NCBI GenBank assembly: GCA_002633005.1
Contig: NMRA01001027.1
Span: 4,468-68,467 of the forward strand
Source of the DNA: Phoronis australis
Lineage: Eukaryota > Animalia > Phoronida
Reading direction: 5' to 3'
DNA length: 64,000 nucleotides
Part shown: positions 39,501 to 51,500 of the stretch, piece by piece
How the letters are laid out: each line of letters starts with the position of its first letter
How positions within the stretch are numbered: position 1 is the first letter of the stretch
Notes under the pieces: generated by a model
What the model saw: only the letters and a program-made list of their open reading frames with translations
What the model was told of the DNA's origin: nothing
Databases searched by the model: none
Program-made: the position numbers and the translations under genes

Positions 39501-42500
39501 CGGACATAATGATAAGCGGGTGACATCAAACTGAATTTACTCCTCTATATTCCTTACACACATCAGATCAGAGCAGCTACTCTACCAAGCAACAAGTAAT
39601 ATTTGGTTGGCAGAGCTACGACGAAAACCTGCGCCGTATAATTTCAGTGATGATGAAAATCTACCGATCTGTACAAACATTCAAAAACATCAATCTTCAC
39701 AAATGAGTTTTCCAGTGCAAATCAAGTGCAAAATTTGCACTTTGTGGTCAAAATTTTCTACAACAAAGCTTCAAATGCGATGGCGGTGTTCATCTCACTG
39801 TTAACAAACAACTTATTGAGAGACTGGAGTGCATATTCATCTGGGCAATGTTTGTAACTGACAAGCAACATCAAAACTACAGTCAGTGTAAGACAGATTG
39901 TCACAATGGAGAAAGAGCAAACAACATGGTGTGATGCACTCACGGCCTCCAGGTGTTGACTTAAAAACATGTCACGATTCCAGATGCAAGCCAGAGCTGC
40001 ATGACGACAAACTTTGATGGCATTGAAATCACATATCTGAATACTCTGAAGAATATAACAGTGACCAACAATACTGCCTGCGGGACAGTACTGTTCAGTG
40101 GGTAAAATAACCATGCCATGTCTATGTTAGATCTATTCAAGTTGATGTTTGTGTCTGTTTCCATTGCACAATATTCTTCAGTTGTTTTCCAAAAAATTAG
40201 TTGCCAACATTATCACTTAATTATCTAAATTTCAAAAACCAAGTACCAAACATAAAATAATCAAATGTTAAATTGACGTATGTTATGACTCATCCAGTAG
40301 GAGTATAATATGCAGAAAATTACAAGTTGTTACTGAACTAACACGAGATGAAAGGGCAACGTCAATTTCGCCAGAGTCTGCTGGCTTTTTCAAGCCTGTG
40401 TGACTGCTAAAGGATTTGGTCGGAATTGAGATAATCGGCGGGAAACTAGTCAGAATCATATCACACACACCCTGGACAAGATTCTAACTTAAGTTTCCCG
40501 CAGATTTTCTCAACTCCCGACTGAATCCACCAGACATCGCAAGGCTTGAAAACGTTGCCCTTTGATCTCTAGTAAGTTCAGTGACGACTCATTAAGTTCT
40601 GGATATAACCAAATGCTGTTTATGACGACCACGTAGCACGAAACATGCTAGGAACAAAGCAATTATTTTTCAATATCTGGTAATTAAAATTTAAAAATAC
40701 CACTTCAATGCCAAATTTGAGTGCCAAACAAATGAAAGCTATCGACATTTAAACTTGGCAGAAATTACATCAACATGAATGTTTATGGTCCAGGAATTGA
40801 TGCAAGTGAACTTCATTCTAAATTATTTTAATATAAAATTCTGTACAACTCACCTTGAGTTCTGCATCTGTTTCAAAGCTGACCTGTCTGCCATTGTTGT
40901 AGTAGGGTTGCCCTTCACCAACCTCTGCACCTTTTGTACCTTTTGTATCATTCCGAACCTTGTTACATCTTACCATGGAACAAAAAAGGCATTATAGTAA
41001 CAAATAACAAAAGCAGATTGATGGATAAACATAATGAGCGGGGTGGGGGGTGGGGTGGGGATTGGGGGGCGGTTCCTCTTACCAGTAGAAAATTTCAAAC
41101 TTCTATTCTTCCCCACAATGTTTATCATTCATACTTGTATATAATGCATAGTCTTCCATTTTTAGTTGTGCAGTGCATGCATAGTGCATGTGCAGTGCAT
41201 ACTTAGTGCATACACTGTTGCACACATAGTGCATACACACTTCGCATGCGTAGAGTATATGCGCAGTGCCAATGTAGGGAAAACAGAATATTTTTTCATG
41301 GTGAAAGCATAGTGCATACAATAAGCACGCACAATACATAGCCCAAAAATAATGCACACACAGGGCAAACAGATAGACACCTAGAGCATGCAAAATGTAT
41401 GCATTGAGAGTGCATACATAATGCATTTGCATATCAAGCATGATAAATACATAGTGAATGCATAATGCATACTGGGTGCATAGACAGTGGATTTCACACA
41501 ACTACCGATTAGCATTTAATCACACCTTCCAAACCGGTGAGTGTCCGTGATTGAACATGAAACGTAAATAAAATGAATACCATGCATAATTAAATAACGA
41601 AGTTGTTTTTCACGTCACTATAGTAACAGATAGGTCACGCTTTGTAACCCGGGGTTCATTGAAAAAGAGGCTCAATAGAAAACACCGAGGTAGACATGCA
41701 ATTTTGCAAGCTAACATTAACAGAAGTGGTCAGGTAATTTTCTCCACGTGTAACCAGAAACAAGATTTGCAGACAAAAAACATCACGGCATTACCCTGTA
41801 GTCATTATGAATCAGTAAAGCAATGTCAAGTGACCATTTCTGCTTTTGATAACTCCTTCAGCTTTACGGTCTCGTAAATTGCCTCTTTGGCCTCATTGTT
41901 TCTGAGCAGATTCGCAAAATGTCACTAAATTCCACGTTGTTTGGCAGTTCTAGGTCTTGCCACCTGGTAACTGGGCAGACACATGCAAAAGGCATTTGAA
42001 GCACAAGGATCAGGCAACAGTAAAGTCTATACAAACAGAAAAGTACCATGTACCATCTTCATTCAGTCAATACTGATAATTAGACAGGGTGAACTTGCAC
42101 TTGTAGCTGAGCAATAAAACAAAATAAACAAGAAAACATGCTGGTGATATTAGTCACATGGCTGCTGTTTATACTATGCATCCTTTTTTGACTGGATAGT
42201 ATGAAAAATTGGGCTGAGCATGTAGGCGATTAAAAGCGAAAAATGAAAATTTTAGAAGTGGGCGGTAAGCCGAGCATGGGTGGTAACCCGAACAAGTACG
42301 GTATATAGCAAACCAATGCTAATCCTGGATTGTATATATTATCATGCTGGATGCAAGAAAAGGAAAGAACTGCATAAAAGACAATACTCAAGCTTTGACC
42401 ACGCCTATATAAGACAGCAAAATCTGTTGTGTATGAGCAATTTTCTTAGAATTTGACGAAGTTTCTGACCTAAGCTTCTAGGCATTCAGTGGGAATACCA

Positions 42501-45500
42501 CCACTGGAGAGCTTAGTCAAATATAGTCATACAGCAGGCGACAGAGATTAAACATGCAGTTAGATACCTTTTCCTGAAAGTCTCCAAGGCCCCGGGGCAA
42601 CGGATCCTAAACAAGGTACACGTACAATGTAATCATAATCGAACAACTTAAAAGTTCTAAGAGGCCTACAGTACGTCTAATGTGTATGGGAGATGACTTT
42701 CAATGACAGGGATAGTGTTGATGCAGGAAAAGGGCTTCCTTCTGAATTTGGGAGTGGGAAAACAATGGAGTACCATTGGCGATTCCACTCAAAAGAGAAG
42801 GCAAAAATACCAGTTTTTGTGTAGTCACCATCCACGATTTTGTGCACAATGTTACCGTTTTGAGTGCCGCAAATTGCCCAAAGACAGATGCTATGAGAAA
42901 TGAGTTCTTCAACTCTGCACTGTTACTAGGGATGGATGATTACATAATATGCATTATTTCGACTACAGAGGTCCTCACTATTTTGCAGGGTCTGAGTCCA
43001 GTTTGCCAGATCACTCATCTCTGCTAAATAATTAATCTTGAGATTTCCACAATTTTTTGGTTTACAATCTCAGACGTGGTATTAAAAAATGCACCTGGCA
43101 CTCAAATCATCAGAAAAAAAGCATATTTCACATTAGTTCCTGGTAGAACATTTTCCTCTAAAAATATTTTAACGTGTTTTGCATGAACTGCATAAACCAC
43201 AGATTTCTAAGAAGTCCTGATAAAATACATTTAATTAATTATGATCTTTCATTTGCAATTAGGCCTCTTATAAAAACCAAACATCGATTGTTTGTTGTCT
43301 CACACTTGATAAAAAGAGTATGTCCAGTACTCATATAATTGATCTGATTCATTGAGATGCACAATTTGCTAGTGCAGTCTCACTTTCAATCAAGATCAAC
43401 CCTATAACAAATTTCTGGCACCAGATGGCCCATTATCATCACTAATCAACCCTTTACTGATTTGGACTCTGGGTTTAGCTATTTCAACTAATTTTCACAT
43501 GGTTAGCTATCCCAGTATTAACATGGTTACCATGTTTCAACATGACTGTTTACCTGTCGCTGATCAATGAGTGGATTAAATTTGCTTTGATAGAGCTCGT
43601 TTTAAACTGTGAAAAAAGATTTGATATCAGTGTTGCATCCCTTAAAACATGCATATCCTTTGCAAATCTTTGTCTTCAGCCAAGATCGTGTCAATCGCAA
43701 TTTGTTGCACAAGTATTGCTTTACAACTGATGTGCAAAACAGTACAACTTGTCCTAAACTGAAAGAAATAATGATTAAATGTTGGTTCCATAGAGATTCG
43801 ACAAAATTTGGACTCGCATCAAAAATTTTAGTTTATTATTCAATTAGTGACCATGACTCATAGCACTAATCTCCATCCAGGAGTTGACTGCCAGAAGATC
43901 AGTATCTGACTTGATCACAGCGCTACCACGCACATTATTTTTCTAAAGTACCCCATTAATATGTCCAAGGTTCTGTGAGAAATTCCAATGTTGAACCCAT
44001 CTCCGAAATTACCAACATTGTATGAACCTCCATTCTCTTTTTAAACCCTGTTATGTGAAATGCACAAAGTCTGCTATTGGAGAAACAAGATAATCCCCAA
44101 AAACAACCAGGGTCCCAAATTCCGAATTAGGAAAATTCAAAATTTAGCTTCTATTTTAGAGTACCAAATTCAATTAGTTATCCCAAATTGGAGAATTTTT
44201 ACCGTTTAATGACAATAAAACAATGGATTCATTTCAACACTTTCACTGCAACTTATTGGAACTATAGTGCATTCTTTGAATTTCTGATGGACTGCTTTCA
44301 GACAAAATCTGTCAAAAGATGATTAACATTGAACTTCACTTTTAGCCAGCTTAGCACAATTTGGGAGTGAAACACAAAAACATATGAAAAGTTTGTATTT
44401 CAGTGATATTTTTTGACATTTGAGTACCACTTTGTGTTTGACACAGATGAAAACAGACAAGATTATCTTGAAAGTAGACTTTGTGGCAGATTTAATGGTG
44501 TATTTTAAATGTGCCAAGGCAGTACAAATATTCTAATCCTTTCTCAACGTTTGACCGAGCTGCATCGGTAAAGAATATATGGCTGTGATTTTGCTGCCTT
44601 GCAGAAACCTGTTAATAAATTCTTTACAGCAATAAAGATCAAGAGAACAGTTGGTGGAGCTAGGCCATGAGCAGGCACAATATTTTGCATTTCATATCTT
44701 TCCCATCATAGACTATAGACAACAGATTCACAACTCCGACATTTTCATGCGTACTATCCTAGAGGAGGCACCACTCTATTAAATTGTCTGTTTCAGTTTC
44801 CGGTTAGTGTATTGTGATGACACAACTGCCGACCATGATTAGCAGACAACCTACTAGCGGGAAATAAATCCAGATAATGTGGCCAGGTGTGAATAATGAC
44901 ATCAGTGCTTCTGTAAGCGCGCAGATTTCGTCCATTGAAAGTATACAGAGTTGGCGGTCCATGTACTATAGTCTATGGTCCTATGACACACACACACGCG
45001 CACGCGCACACACACAAAAACACATGCCCGCAATAAGCCGCAACATAATGAATGCCAAAATTTATTCCTGTGAAATTTTTACTATTTATCTTTGTCGGTG
45101 GCCAAGGGGGAGTCAGGACCCATGCCCCCCCCTCCTAAATACGCTACTGAGTGAACGCAGAACAACATAATACAGACCACGTGCAGTGACTTTACATGCA
45201 GTGCCAGACAAAAGTAATCAGCCAAAATATGTTTTCCTCGTCATTATAACTGATTCCGTTGAAAGCAAAAATGGCTGACAACAACCATAAAGGTCACAAA
45301 ATTCTATTTACAGAATGGCTAAGTCACATAACTAAACTCCAGGTTAATTGCCATTCATTCTCGGTCAAAAGAGAAGACTACTGATTGACGATGAATTCGA
45401 CCTCACCCTCCATCATGATTGGGACTTATGGGTAATTTTGTTTGAATACTTTTGGCTTGTTCTACATCTAAAATCAAGACAATAAACGGGCGTTTTTAAT

Positions 45501-48500
45501 AACACAGAGCTGATTTTGCTTACACAAGTGTATATTAAGCATCTGAAAAGTCAACAACTGTGGTAAAATTAGTTGAATTGAGACAATTTGTATATCGTGT
45601 GACGGCAGCGTTAATCCAAGTCTGTGTGATATTCGTTTATTTAATAAGACGCCTGGTTGCCAGACACTGTTTGCACGTCATAAGCAAATAGTTCAGAAGA
45701 GGGTGAAACTAAATATTTGTATACAGAAATGTAGGCACCTACCTGATGCAAACTAACACAGCAATTACAATGAGAGTAACACCTGATCCCGAAACTGAGA
45801 CGACGATGATGATAATGTTGTCTCCACTACCAGATGGTTTCGTTTCGTCACTTGTTGGTGTGAATGCCGGAACATTTGTTGGCAGATCGGACGTAAAAGC
45901 ATTTTGTTGAACAGAAGTTGCAAACTCGTCTACTGTTGTCAATGTCTGAGTTTCGTTTTTCATCACTCCTGCTGTTGTGTTTGCTTCCTCTGTTGTTGCT
46001 GCAGTTGTTGTTGTTGTTGTTGCAGTTGTTGTTGTTGCAGCTGGTGCAATAGTCATCGTTGTTGGTGCTGCCGTAGTTTGGCAATGATCCTCATATCGAG
46101 TTTCATTCAATACCGTAAGATTTTTCAGCAAGACTGTTATGCTATAATTGCCAGTAGTGACGTAGGATAAAAGCTCCGTGTCACATGGGAATGGACTTGG
46201 AAAAGGAGGAAGCTCTGGAGGTGGAATGCAGCATGAACAGTTGATGCCAGTTGCAGACACAGTCTGGAAAGAACAACATTTGGTTATTAGAGGAGTCAGA
46301 CACCGATGTACTGAAAATGCAAGGTTTTGTTCCTGAGACGTGGAAGGCATTTTTCAGGGTGCAACCATGGCAAATGATGTAGTATGCTGGTCGCAATGTA
46401 TTGTTTAACTTGTAAGAACCATGAGCCAGGTGATAACTGGTCATTTGTTATCGCCTATCTGACATATTAGTTGTTTTCCTTTGTTACGTTTTTGTAGGAT
46501 TTAACAATACAGGTCGCATCGATATTGTACCTTGGGCAGTACATCAGGTTTTCATGAATAATGCAACTGCTGTGTCAGTATCTGCAAACTTGAACTGGAA
46601 TTGAGATTCATTGCAAACTTGCAACTCATGACAGAGAGTGGGTTTTTCAATGGAGATATCAATCTTTTGCTCTATTGAGGGAGGGAGTGAGGGAGTGAGG
46701 GAGGGTGGGAGAGAGAGAACGATTTCGAGGATAGCCCGTATTTAAAGTTCAAGCTTGGTCTCAGTTCTTCCTTGACAAAGTTTAGACTTGCGTATTTTTA
46801 GAGGTCAACTTAAAAATTTTGATAACCGTGTGTACCCCTCGTCAAAGCGCCACCAGTCACCGACGATGAAGTTACCTGCTGTCTCCGATCACTCAGTGGC
46901 ACGATCTCAATACCCATTCAGTGTCATTTGCCATGCCAACAAATAAATCCTTATATATCGTGAATGCTGTAATTAAGAAATATCATATTTTTTACCTGGA
47001 AAAAGGAAGTCTGACTTAGCGCCCCAGCGGCTAATTCAGTGAGCGGAGTTCATGTATGCAGAGCCAGGGTCCTGGATCAGCTGTGACCACAAGAGCCCAT
47101 AAACATGGCTTAGCTCAGGTGAGTCATTGTTGTATTTCTAAATGCAACCAACTAANTTGCTTCCTCTGTTGTTGCTGCAGTTGTTGTTGTTGTTGTTGCA
47201 GTTGTTGTTGTTGCAGCTGGTGCAACAGTCATCGTTGTTGGTGCTGTCGTAGTTTGGCAACGATCCTCATTCAATATCGTAAGATTTTTCAGCAAGACTG
47301 TTATGTTATAATCGCCAGTAGTGACGTAGGATAAAAGCTCCGTGTCACATGGGAATGGAATTGGAAAAGGTGGAAGCTCTGGAATGCAGCATGAACAGTT
47401 GGTGCCAGTTGCAGACACAGTCTGGAAAGAACAACATTTGGTTATTAGAGGAGTCAGACACCGATGTACTGAAAACGCAAGGTTTTGTTCCTGAGACGTG
47501 GAAGGCATTTTTCAGAGTGCAACCATGGCAAATGATGTAGTATGCTGGTCGTAATGTATTGTTTAACTTGTAAAAATCATGAGCCAGGTGATAACGGGTC
47601 ACTTGTTATCACCTATCTGACATATTAGTTGTTTTCCTTTGTTACGTTTTTGTGGGATTTAACAATACAGGTCGCATCGATATTGTACCTTGGGCAGTAC
47701 ATCAGGTTTTCATGAATAATGCAACTGCTGTGCCAGTATCTGCGAACTTGAACTGGAATTGAGATTTATTACAAACTTGCAACTCCTGACTGAGAGTGGG
47801 TTTTTCAATGGAGATATCAATCTTTTGCTCTATTGAGGGAGGGAGCGAGGGAGGGAGAGAGGGAGGGAGAAAGAGAACGATTTCGAGGATAGCCCGTATT
47901 TAAAGTTCAAGCTTGGTCTCAGTTCTTCCTTGACAAAGTTTTGAATTTAGACTTGCGTATTTTTGGAGGTCAACTTAAAAATTTTGACAACCGTGTGTAC
48001 CCCTTGTCAAAGCGCCACCAGTCACCGATGATGAAGTTACCTGCTGTCTCCGATCACTCAGTGGCACGATCTCAATACCCATTCAGTGTCATTTGCCATG
48101 CCAACAAATAAATCCTTATATATCGTGAATGCTGTAATTAACAAATATCATACTTTTTTATCTGGAAAAAGGAAGTCTGACTTAGCGCCCCAGCGGCTAA
48201 TTCAGTGAGCGGAGTTCATGTATGCAGAGCCAGGGTCCTGGATCAGCTGTGACCACAACAGCCCATAAACATGGCTTAGCTCAGGTGAGTCATTGTTGTA
48301 TTTCTAAATGCAACCAACTAATTCCACTCCCATTTTCACAAAATCAAAATCAAAATCATGATTTTTAATTAGTAGTCAGTCACTGTGTGTTTTCTTCTGT
48401 GCCAAAGAATTTCTCTTAAATTGGTTGTTACTGACTGACTCGTGCTGTATTAACGATACCATGACCTTCAGAATACCAATTTTTTATGTTAAATGGTCTG

Positions 48501-51500
48501 CCTGATAGGGTGGGCTCATAGTAAATAGGAAGTCAAGTGACGTGCATCATAGAATAAAAACAAAACGCTAATGTTGACCAAGAATACATGTACTTATGTT
48601 AAAAAATACATCTGATCTCTTGTGCATGGGTTTTAAAGTGGAAAAATGTCTCTACATCAAAAATGGTTGCCTTTAACTCTGAAAGATGTTATGCACCTGC
48701 AGAATTAAATTTCCACTGGCTGCATTAACTAATGATTCAATGTTCAAGATTGTCAAATTCAAAATGGACCATAGCGGCGGCATCGTCAAGAGTTTTATAC
48801 TTCAGACACTTAAAATTTACCCCACTTGAAACTTGAAGTAGGGGAACCTTAAGGACACTTAGGATTAATGCTGCCGTCTTCAATGATGGATATCCGTTTA
48901 CAGCAAGAGAACAGTCTGGTCCATAATATACCAGTAACACAATACTTCATTATCAGCTCTGTCTTAAAAATACATAAGTGAAGATCTTATTCTGATGTTA
49001 CATCAGATAACAACTGAAACAAATTGACATTTGATATTATAGTTGGATTTTAGAAATGTGAGTCTTTTTGAATACCCAAAAATATTTTTACGGTTGTATG
49101 ACTTCTACATTTACATTCAATTTTTACTTCTATATCCCTTGTTACACTTTTGAGCCGTGTCTTCGTCATCAACTTAAATACTTATACCAAACAATAAAAA
49201 CAGTGTGAATCCTTAGGCGGGGAAAAACATGCTATAAACAAGGTTTTCATATACCCCTGATAGACTGATCTCATTAAACTTTCACTGTATGATATTTCAA
49301 AGTTTCTTCAAAGCAGGTCCCAATATGGCAAAACAGTGATTGAAATTTTATTTCATCAAAATTTTCAACAAAAGTAAACAAGAATTTTACTTGACTACTT
49401 GAAATTTTGAACGCTGTTGAAAAAAAAATATAAAAAAGAATACAATTTTGGTCATTATTTTTTTTAATTTGAGTAAACTTTAACAAATTTTAAGAACTCA
49501 AAATGCCAATTGGACAAAATGCTTTTTTAGGCTCACATCATACTTCTGTTCGTAATTAGGAATGACTGATAATGTTCTTAAACCTTTGCAGCAACCCAGC
49601 CCAGAATATTACAGGAGCAGATCTAGGATATCATGAGGGAGACCATTTTGCAATATCTGTGCCCACTTCTCCCAACACATGTACATACAAAAAGTACACC
49701 ATAAGCAAAACACAAACCTGGGATTGTTTACATTACCTTTCAACAAATAACCACAAAAATCCTCAGCACCCAAAATACGAAATTCTGCACTGTCCTGCAC
49801 AATGTATATTTTCCAACACTACTTTATTGTGCAATTAAATTCCTACACTGTTTCAGAATGCCTGTTGTGTATTGGCCAGCAATCCACATTGCCTGGCAGT
49901 CTAGACTACATCAGCTAATGTTACATAACCTTACAATTACCCATATAGCACTGCAGCTGGTGAGGTGTTGACACATCACTTAGCATGATTACATCTTAAA
50001 TCACCACTTGACAGGTCAAATTATCATTGCTGACCAAACAGTTACATAACAGGACTGTAGCCTTGCCACTACCTAATAGCCTATAATGCACTTGTTACAG
50101 TAGTTCCTACAGGTGCTAGCTGCCACAGGATAGATTTATCTGTTAAAATTTACAATTAAATTTGCATTGTTCTACCTTCACTGTTGTTAGGAAACATATT
50201 AGGATTATAAAAGAATCACGTTGACTGTTCTATTCGCATGACAGTCACAAATGTTTGCATCCCCAAGATATGGAAATCTGTCATTTAGTAATGCACCATA
50301 AAAATCCAGACCAGACATTCCTATTTCGGTAAATGCCATTAACTCTTGACCCCATGACCTATGGAAATTAATTCTATTCAAATGTTCCCAGCCATTGTAA
50401 TATTCAGCAGGTTCCAACAGTCAAAGGTCGCATTGTCATTATGACATATGGTAATTCTTCACTTATTTTGCATAAAATAATTGTAAAAATAGTAATTTTT
50501 CCATTGTCAAACGCTGATAACCTTTTTGCACTTATGACACGGTTGTAATAGACTAAAATGTTCTATAAAAATATTTTACTTTTGTGGAGAAATATGGTTT
50601 CACTTGTCAGCGGTGTTGTGGGCTAAATAAGTGACTAAACTTCCACTGATAGCGTAGGTCAAAAATGATGCCATACAGTCAGGAGCCTTGTCAGTAAATA
50701 CCCAGTATTGCAAGCGTACTGAGAGAATCAATCTTGGTGAAAAGCGCATACATTTTGCTGTATTGAGCACAGTAACTAAATATACCACAAGTAAAATTTT
50801 ACTTTGAAAAAAATCAAGCCAAATTGTGTTCTACAAGGTTTCTACTAGCGGCCCACTGTCAACACATACTTTTTTATTATGAATCCAACTATCCAAAATT
50901 GTTGGTATGAAACTAAACACCACATTTCAAGCATTACAGTTAAAGATTTGCGTATTTTTGTCTATATGAAGGGAATCTCATTTGTCAGGAATTTAATTTT
51001 GAAAAGACCCCTTCTACTCGAATACCAATAACGGTCAGGCAAATGTTGTTCATGTTAGGCCCTGTTGCTTCTGCTCAGTCCCAACTCATTTTGACAACCA
51101 GCACCCGACAAGCTCAAGAAAACAGAAGTATCCTCCGACCCATTTCAGCTGGTATTGGGTGGCGATCGGCAAAAACACAAGTACCCCACCCACCAGTTGG
51201 CATCAGGTGTCTTTTTGAAAATATAACAACAATAGTCGACCATGTTTTTTCACTATGATGAATACCACTATCGCGAATTTTATAACCGAGTTGAATGCCA
51301 CTTTATCATAAAACTGGTTCAGCTTATCACCGCATGACTCGGGTGTAGCTCCCCAAGTGTTATATCTCTTATGTAAGGTGAACTTAAAGGGACTGTGTTC
51401 TTGGTTTGCCAGGTTTCCATTGAATATACATTTGCATGCTCCTAACTATGCTAAAGTACACAGCAGAAACTAAACGACAATGCTATATTGAGATCGTCTA

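Noticed and set aside
41103-41501. 132-aa Cys/His/Met-rich ORF
   Set aside because: By-product of the TGCAT satellite; no domain motif or splice support.
41873-41965. Candidate cytoplasmic exon (NNEAKEAIYET or WQDLELP...)
   Set aside because: Weak acceptor; the 36879 and 36162 exons give a better phase path with a basic stop-transfer segment. An alternative exon cannot be fully excluded.
45904-46170. Cys-rich metallothionein-like ORF on the + strand (also 47056-47334)
   Set aside because: It is the antisense reading of the (ACA)n Thr codons of the mucin stalk.
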